64,000 nucleotides of DNA. Source: Candidatus Saccharicenans sp. (lineage in GTDB: Bacteria; Acidobacteriota; Aminicenantia; Aminicenantales; Saccharicenantaceae). Location of the stretch: positions 6,580 through 70,579 of the forward strand of contig JAGOPD010000005.1 in assembly GCA_017992175.1 (NCBI GenBank), in the 5' to 3' direction. The first letter of the stretch is position 1. Each line of letters starts with the position of its first letter. The notes below the pieces were generated by a model, which was given only the letters and a program-made list of their open reading frames with translations, searched no databases and had not been told where the DNA came from. The translations under genes and the position numbers were made by a program. Positions 1 to 9,498 of this stretch are shown here, piece after piece.

Positions 1-504
1 AATGTTTTTCTGGCCGGCCGGGCCTCAGTGGATAGAGAAACGGGGATGATAGCTTTAAGCGACGGGATTAAAGCTAACCTGGTCTACAGCCAGGCCGGCT
101 CTAAAATAAAAAAAGCCGGACTCAGCGCTAAGGAATTAAGCCTTCTCCCTTCCGGGCTGGCTTTTGAGGCCCGGGGAGAGGTAAGTTTCATCTCCGATGA
201 ATTTAAACTTCAGGCCAGACGGCTTATTTTTTATTTCGAAAAAGAAAATTCTGATGAGCTGACCCGCCTGGAGGCTGACGGCCGGGTCAGGCTTTCCTGG
301 CATGACTACCAATTTGACTCAAAAGAAGCCATTTACCGCCCGGCTGAGGAAGTTTTTATTTTTTGCGGCCAGGCCAAGCTCAAAGATAAAGACGGTAACA
401 GGGTTGAAGCCGATAAATTGACTTTATTTACCCTGGATGATAAAATCACCGTAGAAAATCAAGGGAAAAAAAGATCAGTGACCATCCTTCGCAGGGGAAA
501 ATGA
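1..504 (+). CDS. lptA: LptA/OstA-like periplasmic LPS-transport protein (5' end probably outside window)
   Basis: The reading frame is open from nt 1 with no in-frame stop before the listed start at 28. The sequence is beta-rich and OstA-like. It overlaps lptB by 4 nt and heads the classical lptB-rpoN-hpf-ptsN cluster. Confidence 0.55.
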   Translation, partial: NVFLAGRASVDRETGMIALSDGIKANLVYSQAGSKIKKAGLSAKELSLLPSGLAFEARGEVSFISDEFKLQARRLIFYFEKENSDELTRLEADGRVRLSWHDYQFDSKEAIYRPAEEVFIFCGQAKLKDKDGNRVEADKLTLFTLDDKITVENQGKKRSVTILRRGK

Positions 505-1229
505 ACCTGTTAGAGGTCAAAAATCTGGTCAAAAGATATGGTCAGCGCCTGGTTTTAGACCATGTCTCCCTCCGAATCAGCCAAAAAGAAGTCGTCGGAC
601 TGCTTGGACCCAATGGGGCAGGCAAGACCACGGCCTTTTCGGTCACCATCGGGCTGGTCCGCCAGGACAGCGGCCAGGTATTGCTTAATGACGAGGAACT
701 GACGCCCTGTCCGGTTTATATCAGGGTCAGAAAAGGTTTAGGTTTTTTACCCCAGGATGATTCAATTTTTCGCGGCCTGACGGTTGAGCAAAATCTCTGG
801 CTGGCAGCCGAAGCGAAAAACGGAAGCAAAGGAGCCAGCGCCTGCCGGGAAGAAATCAGACAGCAGCTGGAAGAGTTCGGCTTGCTCGAATTGGCCGGAG
901 AGCCGGCGGGACAGCTATCAGGTGGAGAGCGCCGGAAACTGGAAATAGTCAGGGCGATGATTCTGGAGCCTCAATTCCTGCTACTGGACGAACCATTTTC
1001 AGAACTTGATCCCAAAGCAGTGGCTGAATTGCAACAGGTCATTCTCAAGCTAAAAGAAAAGAAGGTCGGCCTCCTCCTGACCGATCACCGGGCTCAGGAA
1101 GCGCTGAAAATTCTGGATAGAATCTATATAATAAATGAAGGAAAGATTTTATTTGAAGGCAGGCCAGAAGAAGTTTTAAAGGAAAATGAAATTAGAAAGA
1201 TATATTTTGGCCCCGATTTCCGTCTATAG
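501..1229 (+). CDS. lptB: LPS export ABC transporter ATP-binding protein LptB
   Basis: Walker A GPNGAGKTT, ABC signature LSGGERRKLE and Walker B LLLDEP. About 240 aa, lying directly upstream of rpoN. Confidence 0.9.
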   Translation: MNLLEVKNLVKRYGQRLVLDHVSLRISQKEVVGLLGPNGAGKTTAFSVTIGLVRQDSGQVLLNDEELTPCPVYIRVRKGLGFLPQDDSIFRGLTVEQNLWLAAEAKNGSKGASACREEIRQQLEEFGLLELAGEPAGQLSGGERRKLEIVRAMILEPQFLLLDEPFSELDPKAVAELQQVILKLKEKKVGLLLTDHRAQEALKILDRIYIINEGKILFEGRPEEVLKENEIRKIYFGPDFRL

Positions 1230-1238
1230 TTTAGACTG

Positions 1239-2690
1239 ATGATAAAGCAAAAGCTCAATCAAAAGCAGGCCCAGAAATTAATCCTGGCCCCGGCCCTGCA
1301 GCAGGCCATTAAGCTGTTGCAGCTGACCAACCTTGAATTGCAGCAGGTGGTTTATGACGAGTTGTCCGAAAACCCGCTGCTGGAAATAGAGGGAGAGTCA
1401 GGCGAGGAGACACCAGCCAGTGAGGCCAGTCCCGAAGAAATCGCAGCTGGCGCTGAAACCGGTCAGGAAGACGGCAATAGCCAGGATTATGATGAGGTGA
1501 TTTTTTCAGCTGGTTTCGAAGATTATTTAGATGACTCAATTCCAACTTTAAATGAAACCGGCCAGGATGAGCCGAGAGTTGAAAATCAGGTGTCAGCGAG
1601 CCCGTCTCTCTGGGATCATCTGAACTGGCAGGCCGGGCTGACTTTCTTTGAACCAGGTGAACTAAAGGTAGCTGAATATATTATCGGTAATATCAATGAA
1701 GACGGGTATCTCACCGTCAGCCCGGAGGAAATAGCCTCCCGGCTGCCAGAGGATCTGGCCCTGGTGGAAGAGGTCCGGTCAAAGATAAAAATGTTTGATC
1801 CGCCCGGCTGCGGCAGCCTGACTTTAAAAGAAGCGTTACTGGCTCAAATGGATTCACTTAACCTTCAGGATGAGACGGCCAGAAGAATCATTACTGACTA
1901 TCTTCCCCTGCTGGAAAAGGCTGCTCATCAGGAGCTGGCCAGCCAGCTTAATATTTCTTTGGCCGAATTGCGCCTTCATCTTGATTTGATTAAAAACCTT
2001 GATCCGGCTCCGGGGCGAAAATACAGTGAGGACCGGACCATCTATGTTGTCCCGGATATTTATGTGGTTAAGGAACACGGGCAATGGAAAATTTACCTGA
2101 ATGAAGAAGGCCTGCCCAGGCTGCGGCTCAATCGTTATTACCGGCAATTAGCCCAGGCGGGAGTCAAGGGTGATCAGGAGACAGCCAGATTTATCAAAGA
2201 CAAGATGAAGAGGGCTTTGTGGTTTATCAAGAGTATTAATCAAAGAAACCGGACCATTTACCGGGTAGCCGATTATATTGTCAAAAAACAAAAAGAATTT
2301 CTGGAGAATGGACTCGAGGCCTTAAAGCCCATGACTCTGATCGAGATCGGCCGGGAACTTGGCCTGCATGAGTCAACCATTGGCCGGGTGGTAGCCAACA
2401 AATATATGATGACTCCCCTCGGCTTATTTCCTTTAAAATATTTCTTCCATAAGTCGCTGAGCGGGGCCTACGGGGAAGAAATTTCTTCCTTAAAGATCAA
2501 AGACAGAATTAGGAAACTGGTTCAGAATGAAGATAAAGCCAATCCCTTGAGTGATGAGGAAATCGTTGCTATCTTAACCAGGGAGAATGTTCAGATCGCT
2601 CGCCGGACCGTGGCTAAATATCGTGGCCAGCTGGGCCTTCCGCCAGCCAATATAAGAAAAAAGAAATTTTTACTGGAGGAGGTCGAATGA
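1239..2690 (+). CDS. rpoN: RNA polymerase sigma-54 factor
   Basis: N-terminal Gln/Leu-rich region I (LQQAIKLLQL), an acidic region II, and a C-terminal RpoN box ARRTVAKYR. Confidence 0.95.
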   Translation: MIKQKLNQKQAQKLILAPALQQAIKLLQLTNLELQQVVYDELSENPLLEIEGESGEETPASEASPEEIAAGAETGQEDGNSQDYDEVIFSAGFEDYLDDSIPTLNETGQDEPRVENQVSASPSLWDHLNWQAGLTFFEPGELKVAEYIIGNINEDGYLTVSPEEIASRLPEDLALVEEVRSKIKMFDPPGCGSLTLKEALLAQMDSLNLQDETARRIITDYLPLLEKAAHQELASQLNISLAELRLHLDLIKNLDPAPGRKYSEDRTIYVVPDIYVVKEHGQWKIYLNEEGLPRLRLNRYYRQLAQAGVKGDQETARFIKDKMKRALWFIKSINQRNRTIYRVADYIVKKQKEFLENGLEALKPMTLIEIGRELGLHESTIGRVVANKYMMTPLGLFPLKYFFHKSLSGAYGEEISSLKIKDRIRKLVQNEDKANPLSDEEIVAILTRENVQIARRTVAKYRGQLGLPPANIRKKKFLLEEVE

Positions 2691-3211
2691 TCGTTAATTT
2701 TACTGCCAGGCATACGGAGTTGACCGAGGAGATCAAGGATTATTGTGAAAAAAGGCTCAACAGGATGGGGAAAATCCTGGATGAGGTGCAGCAACTTGAG
2801 GTCATCCTGACTGAAGAGAAAAGCCGGAAAAGGGTTGATCTGCTGATTAAAAGGCGGGGAGAGGATTTCGCCCTGTCAGAAGAAACAACTGACATGTTCA
2901 ATTCACTTAACCAGGCCTTCGACAGTCTGGAAAGAAAAATTGTCAAAGAAAGAAGAAAGCTGATTCAAAAACGTCGCCGGGCCTCCAGCCGCCAGGCTCT
3001 GGCCGCTCCTGTTTCCAGGCCACAGATCGAGGCCAAACTGGTTCCACTGCCCTATTATTCTGATCAGCCTATCAGCCTGGAAGAAGCCCTGGTCAGGCTG
3101 GAAGAAGGCAGGAAAGAAGCCTTTCTTTTTAAAAAAGAGGCCAGTAAAGGCTGGGCGGTGATTTTCCGCCGCCAGGACGGAACAATCGGACTGGTTGACC
3201 CTGAAGCCTGA
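2687..3211 (+). CDS. hpf: Ribosome hibernation-promoting factor, long form
   Basis: RaiA/HPF-like N-domain plus the C-terminal dimerisation domain typical of long HPF. Overlaps rpoN by 4 nt. Confidence 0.88.
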   Translation: MIVNFTARHTELTEEIKDYCEKRLNRMGKILDEVQQLEVILTEEKSRKRVDLLIKRRGEDFALSEETTDMFNSLNQAFDSLERKIVKERRKLIQKRRRASSRQALAAPVSRPQIEAKLVPLPYYSDQPISLEEALVRLEEGRKEAFLFKKEASKGWAVIFRRQDGTIGLVDPEA

Positions 3212-3272
3212 AAAGGGTAACCTATCTGAAGATTGAATCCAGGTCGGAACTAGCGGTAAGGAGCAGTTAGCT

Positions 3273-3743
3273 TTGAGGTTATCCAATATTATTGACGAAA
3301 AAACAATCCTGCTGGATGTTAAGGCCAAGACTAAAGCCGAAGCCATCCGGGAGATGGTCAATTATTTAAAGAAGAATAAGTTAATCAGCCGCCCGGAAGA
3401 AGTCATTGACAAGCTCGAGCAGCGGGAATCGCTCGGGACTACGGCCCTGGGCGAAGGGGTGGCTATTCCTCATTGTAAAGTCAAATGGGTTAATAATCCT
3501 ATCGTATTAGTCGGAATTGCCAGGCAGGGCGTTCCCTTTGAGGCCCCTGATGGACGTCCGGTTAATATCTTCTTTCTTCTCATCACCTCCCTGGAAGATC
3601 CCAGCCTCAATCTGCAGATTCTGGCGCTGATTGCTCAATTAATTAAAAAGTCGCCGGAGCTTAAAGACAAACTACTGCAGGCCAAGAGCCAGTCCGAGGT
3701 CCGGGAGATGATCAAAAGGCAGGAAGAGAAGCAAATTGAATAA
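3273..3743 (+). CDS. ptsN: PTS EIIA(Ntr)-type regulatory protein
   Basis: EIIA fructose/Ntr family with active-site motif GVAIPHCK. Canonical position after hpf. Confidence 0.85.
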   Translation: MRLSNIIDEKTILLDVKAKTKAEAIREMVNYLKKNKLISRPEEVIDKLEQRESLGTTALGEGVAIPHCKVKWVNNPIVLVGIARQGVPFEAPDGRPVNIFFLLITSLEDPSLNLQILALIAQLIKKSPELKDKLLQAKSQSEVREMIKRQEEKQIE

Positions 3744-4317
3744 AAGCCAAAAGAAGAAACCGGCTTCCGGCCGGAACCCGGCCTGCCAGATAGTCATCTC
3801 GGCCGGCCTGCTAAAAATATTCGGGGTGGGGACACTCATCATTGGTGACAGCGGGATAGGGAAAAGCGAGAGCTCTCTGGAGCTTATCGCTCGCGGGCAT
3901 AAGTTTATTTCCGATGATGTCGTTGAAATTTTTGAAGACGAAGGTGGCCAGCTTCAAGGCCGTTCTCCCCGTCTCACCCGGAATTTTATGGAGATCAGAG
4001 GGCTGGGCATCATCAATATCAAGGAAATATTCGGCCCCCCGGCCCTGCTCGACAAGGCTCCGATTAACCTGGTAATCAGGCTTAAAAAGTGGAGCAAAAA
4101 AATGGAAGTTGACCGTCTCGGCCTTAAATTCCCTGAAGATTATCTTCTGGCCGGACGAAGAATTCCCCAGCTCCACATTCCCGTTGCTCCTGGGCGGAAT
4201 ATTGCCACTTTGATTGAAGTGGCCTGCCGGGTTTTTCTTTTAAGGCAGAGAGGTTATGAGGCTGCCCAGGATGTTATCCGGCAACTGGAAAAGAGGCTGT
4301 CGGTTAAGAGGGGTTGA
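3736..4317 (+). CDS. hprK: HPr kinase/phosphorylase, short form (C-terminal catalytic domain only)
   Basis: P-loop GDSGIGKSESSLELIARGHKFISDD and EIRGLGIINI motifs of the HprK C-domain. Only 193 aa, so it lacks the N-terminal domain. Confidence 0.8.
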   Translation: MNKSQKKKPASGRNPACQIVISAGLLKIFGVGTLIIGDSGIGKSESSLELIARGHKFISDDVVEIFEDEGGQLQGRSPRLTRNFMEIRGLGIINIKEIFGPPALLDKAPINLVIRLKKWSKKMEVDRLGLKFPEDYLLAGRRIPQLHIPVAPGRNIATLIEVACRVFLLRQRGYEAAQDVIRQLEKRLSVKRG

Positions 4318-5180
4318 TGGCTAAAACTAAAAACAACGGGGACTTCCTTATTATTACTGGCCTGTCCGGCTCAGGCAAGACAGTGGTTATCCGCTTTCTG
4401 GAAGACCTGGGATATTATTGCGTCGATAACCTGCCGGCTAAATTGATACCTGGACTGGTAGATTTGTGGCAAAAAGGAAAAGTTGAAATAGACCGCATTG
4501 CCCTGGTCATAGATATGCGTGAACCAAATTTTCTAAATGATTTTCCCCAGATTTTAAAGCAACTGCGGGTGAAACCCAAACTGATCTTTCTTGAAGCTTC
4601 GGATGAAGCTCTGGTCAAGAGATTCAGTGAAAGCCGCCGGCCTCACCCCTTAGCTAAGAAAGGCTCTATTCTGGAAGGGGTCCGGCTGGAAAGAAAAAAA
4701 CTCAGTCCGATTAAAGCCATGGCCGATGAGGTCATCGATACCACCGGGTTGAGCATTTCCCAGCTGAAGGATGTGCTGGCCGGCAGAATTTTAAAAGAGA
4801 CCAAGCGCCGCCTGCAGGTTAATGTCATCAGCTTTGGTTACAAATACGGTTTGCCTCTTGATTCAGACCTGGTTTTCGACACCAGATTTTTACCCAACCC
4901 TTTTTATGCCGATGAGCTGAGAAACCTCACCGGGAAATCAAAAAAGGTTCGGGAGTTTGTTTTGAAGTCAGGGGAAACGGCTGACTATCTTAAGAATCTC
5001 TTAGCCTTTATTGACAGTCAAATTCCCGGCTTCCGGAAAGAGGGCAAGAGTACCCTGACTATTTCTATCGGTTGCACTGGAGGAAAACACCGGTCAGTGG
5101 TTATCGCCGAGGCTTTAAAGGATCATCTGCGCCGGGAAAAACTGGAAGTAAAAATAATTCACCGCGATATTTATAAATAA
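4314..5180 (+). CDS. rapZ: RNase adapter / nucleotide-binding protein RapZ (YhbJ)
   Basis: N-terminal P-loop GLSGSGKT, C-terminal CTGGKHRSV motif, about 288 aa, and rpoN-operon context. Confidence 0.9.
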   Translation: MMAKTKNNGDFLIITGLSGSGKTVVIRFLEDLGYYCVDNLPAKLIPGLVDLWQKGKVEIDRIALVIDMREPNFLNDFPQILKQLRVKPKLIFLEASDEALVKRFSESRRPHPLAKKGSILEGVRLERKKLSPIKAMADEVIDTTGLSISQLKDVLAGRILKETKRRLQVNVISFGYKYGLPLDSDLVFDTRFLPNPFYADELRNLTGKSKKVREFVLKSGETADYLKNLLAFIDSQIPGFRKEGKSTLTISIGCTGGKHRSVVIAEALKDHLRREKLEVKIIHRDIYK

Positions 5181-5227
5181 GATAGAATTGGTTAGAATAT
5201 TGAAGATTTGACAACTGGCGGTTTTTC

Positions 5228-5635
5228 ATGATAGGCGGAGTGATTGTTTCTCACGGCAAGCTGGCTGAAGAGCTGCTGAATGCAGTTATTATCATTCTGG
5301 GCGAAGCTCCTAATATCGAGGCCATTTCCATTGGCTGGTATGATGATGTGGAAGAATCCAAGAAAAAAATAAGCCAGAGCTTAAAAAAAGTTGACCAGAA
5401 AAACGGGGTGATTATCTTTACCGACATGTTCGGTGGCACTCCTTCCAATCTCAGCTTCAGCTTTCTGACTGAGAATAAAGTGGAGATCATTACCGGGGTC
5501 AATATGCCGATGCTGATTAAGTTTGTGTCTTTACAAAGGAATAACAACCTGAAAGAAGTGGCCAAAAAGGTAGCTGATCAAGGCAAGAAAAATATCCATC
5601 TGGTTAGCAGCCTGCTCAATTCCAGATCGAAATAA
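5228..5635 (+). CDS. PTS EIIA component, mannose/fructose family
   Basis: About 135 aa with N-terminal IVSHG (phosphorylatable His) and FTDMFGGTP motifs typical of EIIA(Man). Confidence 0.8.
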   Translation: MIGGVIVSHGKLAEELLNAVIIILGEAPNIEAISIGWYDDVEESKKKISQSLKKVDQKNGVIIFTDMFGGTPSNLSFSFLTENKVEIITGVNMPMLIKFVSLQRNNNLKEVAKKVADQGKKNIHLVSSLLNSRSK

Positions 5636-5649
5636 GGCGATAATGAACC

Positions 5650-5919
5650 ATGCAGGAAAAAAAAATCATCATCAAAAACAAGCTCGGTTTACATGCCCGG
5701 GCTGCGGTAAAATTTGTTAACTTAGCTAACCGTTTTGCCTCCTCCGTGCACTTAGTCAAGGATAGTAGTGAAGTCGACGGGAAGAGCATTCTGGGTATTC
5801 TCACCTTAGCCGCCGGGCAGGGCACCCAGCTCAGACTGCTGGTCTCCGGCCGCGATGAGGAACAGGCTTTAAAAGCCCTGACTGACTTAATCAACAACCG
5901 CTTTGGCGAGGAAGAATAA
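5650..5919 (+). CDS. ptsH: Phosphocarrier protein HPr/NPr
   Basis: 89 aa. His-15 context GLHARAA and Ser-46 context GKSILG are both present. Confidence 0.9.
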   Translation: MQEKKIIIKNKLGLHARAAVKFVNLANRFASSVHLVKDSSEVDGKSILGILTLAAGQGTQLRLLVSGRDEEQALKALTDLINNRFGEEE

Positions 5920-5921
5920 GA

Positions 5922-7715
5922 ATGGAAGTGATCCGGTTACGCGGCCTGGCTGTTTCTCCTGGTATCGGGCTGGGGGAAGCTATCCTGTCGGAGAGGGTCG
6001 TTTTCACTTCCCGCCGGGAGACTATTTCTGATCAGCAGGTAGCTGATGAGCTGAAACGGTTGCGCCGGGCCTTTGAGCGAACCAAAGAAGAGCTGCAGAA
6101 GCTTAAAGGCTACATTGAGAAGCAGATGGGCAAAGACCAGGCTTTTATCTTTGATGCTCACCTGATGATCCTGGAAGATCCAATGCTCATCTCCAATCTG
6201 GAAAAAGTCATCAGGGAAGAAAAAGTCAAAGCCGAATGGGCTATCACCACCGTCAATAACCATTTTGCCAGCCTGTTTGAATCACTCTCGGATGAATATT
6301 TCCAGCAAAGAAAGGCTGATATTTCCGATGTTCTGGCCAGGGTCTATCGCCATTTAGAAAGAAAGAGAGAAAAGAAGGAAGACCTGGATAAGCCGGTGAT
6401 TCTGGTTGCCCATGAACTTCTTCCCTCGGAAGCGGCTATTTATCTCAGCCAGGAAAAGGTCATGGGAGTGGTCCTGGATATGGGTGGCATGACTTCCCAC
6501 ACTGCCATTCTGGCCAGGTCCTTAGGAATTCCGGCTGTGGTTGGCCTGCACGATGCCAGCCTGAAAGTCAAGGCCGGTGATTTTATTATCGTTGATGGCA
6601 CCGATGGCGAAGTTATTATCAATCCTCCCCCGGCCATCAAAAGAGAATTTAACAGCAAAAAAGAAAGATATGAAAATTACCAGAAAGAACTGAAAAAAAT
6701 AGCCAGATTGAAATCTCAAACTCTCGACGGAGTCCGGTTCAAACCTCTGGCCAATATTGAGCTGCCGGAAGAAGTCGAAACAGCCTTTTCTTTCGGAGCA
6801 GAAGGGGTTGGCCTGTTCCGTTCAGAGTTTATCTACTTACAGCGGCCAACCTTGCCTTCTGAAGAGGATCATCTGGCCATCTATCGCCAGATGGCCAGGC
6901 GGACCTATCCCCGGCCGGTTTATATCAGGACAATTGATATCGGCGGCGAGAAGAGCTTGCCCTGGCTTAATATAGAAAAGGAACCGAATCCGGCCCTGGG
7001 CTTAAGGGCCATCCGGTTTTCTTTAAAGAACCGTGAGCTCTTCCGGACTCAAGTCCGGGCCATTCTCAAAGCCAGCGAGCGCCACAACGTCCGTTTGATG
7101 GTGCCCATGATTACTGAATTAGAAGAGGTGGTCGAGCTCAAAAGGGTGGTTGAGGAAGTTAAAGACGAACTCAGGCCAACCGGTACGGCTTTTGATGAAT
7201 CAATGCCGATTGGGGTGATGATTGAAGTTCCGGCGGCTGCCGTTCTAATCGAAAGTATCATTCAGGAAGTTGATTATGTCAGTATCGGAACGAATGACTT
7301 GATTCAATATTATCTGGCCGTTGACCGGGGAAATGAAGCTGTTTCTTATCTTTTTAAGCCCCATCATCCGGCTGTTCTGGAACTGCTGGCTCACGTGATT
7401 AAAACCGTCAATAAATTTGGTAAAGAAGTGGCGGTCTGCGGCGAAATGGCGGCTGACCCGCTCTCAGCTATTATTCTGCTGGGCCTGGGTTTACGGAATT
7501 TCAGCATGAACCCAATCTTTATCCCGCGGGTGAAAAAAGCCTTAAGGGAAGTCGAAACCAGCACGGCTGAAGAAGCGGTCAAACAAGCCCTCAAGCTAAA
7601 AACCGCGACTGAAATTGAAGAGTTTATGATTGAAGCTATTATCAGAAAGTATCCCCAGGCCTTCTTTTTGAGCCGGTTTGGGAGCTCTGGTCGGGGGAAT
7701 CAATCTCGTCCGTAA
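5922..7715 (+). CDS. ptsI: Phosphoenolpyruvate-protein phosphotransferase (Enzyme I), no GAF domain
   Basis: GGMTSHTAILARSLGIPAVVG phospho-His motif and a PEP-utilising C-terminal domain (IGTNDLIQY, CGEMA). Confidence 0.95.
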   Translation: MEVIRLRGLAVSPGIGLGEAILSERVVFTSRRETISDQQVADELKRLRRAFERTKEELQKLKGYIEKQMGKDQAFIFDAHLMILEDPMLISNLEKVIREEKVKAEWAITTVNNHFASLFESLSDEYFQQRKADISDVLARVYRHLERKREKKEDLDKPVILVAHELLPSEAAIYLSQEKVMGVVLDMGGMTSHTAILARSLGIPAVVGLHDASLKVKAGDFIIVDGTDGEVIINPPPAIKREFNSKKERYENYQKELKKIARLKSQTLDGVRFKPLANIELPEEVETAFSFGAEGVGLFRSEFIYLQRPTLPSEEDHLAIYRQMARRTYPRPVYIRTIDIGGEKSLPWLNIEKEPNPALGLRAIRFSLKNRELFRTQVRAILKASERHNVRLMVPMITELEEVVELKRVVEEVKDELRPTGTAFDESMPIGVMIEVPAAAVLIESIIQEVDYVSIGTNDLIQYYLAVDRGNEAVSYLFKPHHPAVLELLAHVIKTVNKFGKEVAVCGEMAADPLSAIILLGLGLRNFSMNPIFIPRVKKALREVETSTAEEAVKQALKLKTATEIEEFMIEAIIRKYPQAFFLSRFGSSGRGNQSRP

Positions 7716-8077
7716 ATATCCTCAAGACGGACAATATCATTTTCATCTGATGGCCCCAGCCATAGCTCCATCACCCGGGCAGGCTGTGATCCGGTGCCTT
7801 TCAACCGGTGGGGGATGCCGGCCGGGATGAAAATTTCTTCACCGGCCTCAGGCTGCCAGGACCGGGAACCAAGGGTAACCTCCAGGCCTTTATCCAGCAC
7901 CACCCAGTATTCACTCCGCCGGCGGTGATATTGAAGGGAAAGCAGTCCGTCTGGATTGACGGTAATGATTTTCAGGCTGGAGGCCAGTTGCTGGGGATAA
8001 CTGCGGAATTTTCCCCAGGGCCGGTCTTCTTCGTAAATCAGCTCTTTGACCCTTTCTAAAGATATGCCTTCACTCAT
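7700..8077 (-). CDS. Cupin-domain protein (type II phosphomannose-isomerase C-terminal-like)
   Basis: 125 aa with PWGKF...LSLQYHRRRSEYWVV...G..HR cupin motifs. Confidence 0.7.
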   Translation of the reverse strand: MSEGISLERVKELIYEEDRPWGKFRSYPQQLASSLKIITVNPDGLLSLQYHRRRSEYWVVLDKGLEVTLGSRSWQPEAGEEIFIPAGIPHRLKGTGSQPARVMELWLGPSDENDIVRLEDIYGRD

Positions 8078-8131
8078 TGGCTTGGCCTCTTCCTCTAAGA
8101 ATTGTCCGGGCTAAATTAGAGAGTTTATCAA

Positions 8132-8623
8132 TCAGAAAGGAACGTCGTCTTCACCTTCATCTCCAGGGCCAGGCTCTCCGGGGAACTGGTCGCCGGCTGG
8201 CTCTGCGACCTCAGGGAAATTGCTGTCTGGATAGTCAGGGTTCGGCGGCCCAGCCATCGTTTCCTCAGTGGCTGCTGAGCGGCGGCCGAGAAGGACTACA
8301 TTCTGGGCTTCAATTTCGGTTATATACCTTTTGTTGCCGTCCCGCCCTTCCCAGCTCCGGTTACGCAATTTTCCTTCGATCAGCACCTGGCGGCCCTGGT
8401 CTAAATATTTATTGCAGAATTCGGCCTGCTGACCCCAGACTACTATCCGGTGAAACTGAGTCTTCTGCGAGGTCTGCTTGGTGTCGGGATAATAGACACT
8501 TTCATTAGTCGCTATCTGGAAAGTAGCTACCGCCCGGTTGTTTTTAGGTAAATACCTTAACTCTGGTTTTTTGACCAGATTGCCAACCAGAATAACCCGG
8601 TTCAAACTGTTTAAATCTCTCAT
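8132..8623 (-). CDS. ssb: Single-stranded DNA-binding protein
   Basis: OB-fold N-terminus (NRVILVGNL..PELRY), a Gly/Pro-rich linker and an acidic tail ending DDVPF. Confidence 0.9.
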   Translation of the reverse strand: MRDLNSLNRVILVGNLVKKPELRYLPKNNRAVATFQIATNESVYYPDTKQTSQKTQFHRIVVWGQQAEFCNKYLDQGRQVLIEGKLRNRSWEGRDGNKRYITEIEAQNVVLLGRRSAATEETMAGPPNPDYPDSNFPEVAEPAGDQFPGEPGPGDEGEDDVPF

Positions 8624-9498
8624 TTTCCCACCAGTTCGTTAATTTTTTGCTGAGCCAGCCTGGCTTCTTCCTGCTGGGGATATTTGCTAACCAGCAGTTT
8701 CAGAGTAGCCAGAGCTTCATCTTTTTTCCCCTGCTGGACAAAGCTCATGCCTTTTTTTAGATAAGCAGCCGGGACTTTATCCCCGTTGGGATAATTCAGC
8801 AACAGGTCATTAAAATTTTCAATCGCTTCAGGATATTTCTCCTGGCTATAATAGCATTCACCTATCCAGTAAAGAGCATTATCGGCTAAAGGAGTAGCCG
8901 GATATTGCTGAAGGAAGAGTTTGAAGCTTTCGATAGCCAGCTCATAATTCCCCTTGAGATAGTCGCTGTAAGCGTTGTTGTACATCTCCTGAGCCGGAAT
9001 GGTCACTACGGCTGGCTGAGCCGGGGGGCTGGCTGGCGGTTCTTCTTTTTTGGCCGGAGCCGCAGGCTTGCTTCCCTTGACCGTCCCTTTTTGTCCTGAT
9101 TTGAGCTCATCACTTAAAGACTGGATGGCCTGCTGGATATTCTGCAAAGCTGAGAGCTCGAACTGCATTTCTTCCAGCTTGGAGTTAACCTTCTGATATT
9201 GAGCAGGCAGATTGTCAATTTCAGTTTGAAGAGCCTCGTCGGCAGCTTGCTGGCGGCGGAGGAGGTCATTAAGAATCTTCAACTGATCTTTGACTTCTTT
9301 GAGCTCGGCTGTATTTTGCTTCATCAGAGACGAGAGTTCAGCTACCTGGAGCTTTAAGGCCTGAATGTCCTGATACATCAGTTCATAAGTCTTTTTACTC
9401 TGATCATCAGTATCAGCGGAAAGAAAGACCAGGCCTAATAGCAATAAAGAAAATAGAGCCAGGAGTAAATTGCGGCTTTTCACCAGCTTATTTCTCAA
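8620..9498 (-). CDS. cpoB: Tol-Pal system protein CpoB/YbgF (coiled coil + TPR)
   Basis: Signal/anchor sequence, long coiled coil, Pro/Ala linker and a C-terminal TPR domain (YWIGECYY, YLKKG). Lies immediately after pal. Confidence 0.8.
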   Translation of the reverse strand: MRNKLVKSRNLLLALFSLLLLGLVFLSADTDDQSKKTYELMYQDIQALKLQVAELSSLMKQNTAELKEVKDQLKILNDLLRRQQAADEALQTEIDNLPAQYQKVNSKLEEMQFELSALQNIQQAIQSLSDELKSGQKGTVKGSKPAAPAKKEEPPASPPAQPAVVTIPAQEMYNNAYSDYLKGNYELAIESFKLFLQQYPATPLADNALYWIGECYYSQEKYPEAIENFNDLLLNYPNGDKVPAAYLKKGMSFVQQGKKDEALATLKLLVSKYPQQEEARLAQQKINELVGK

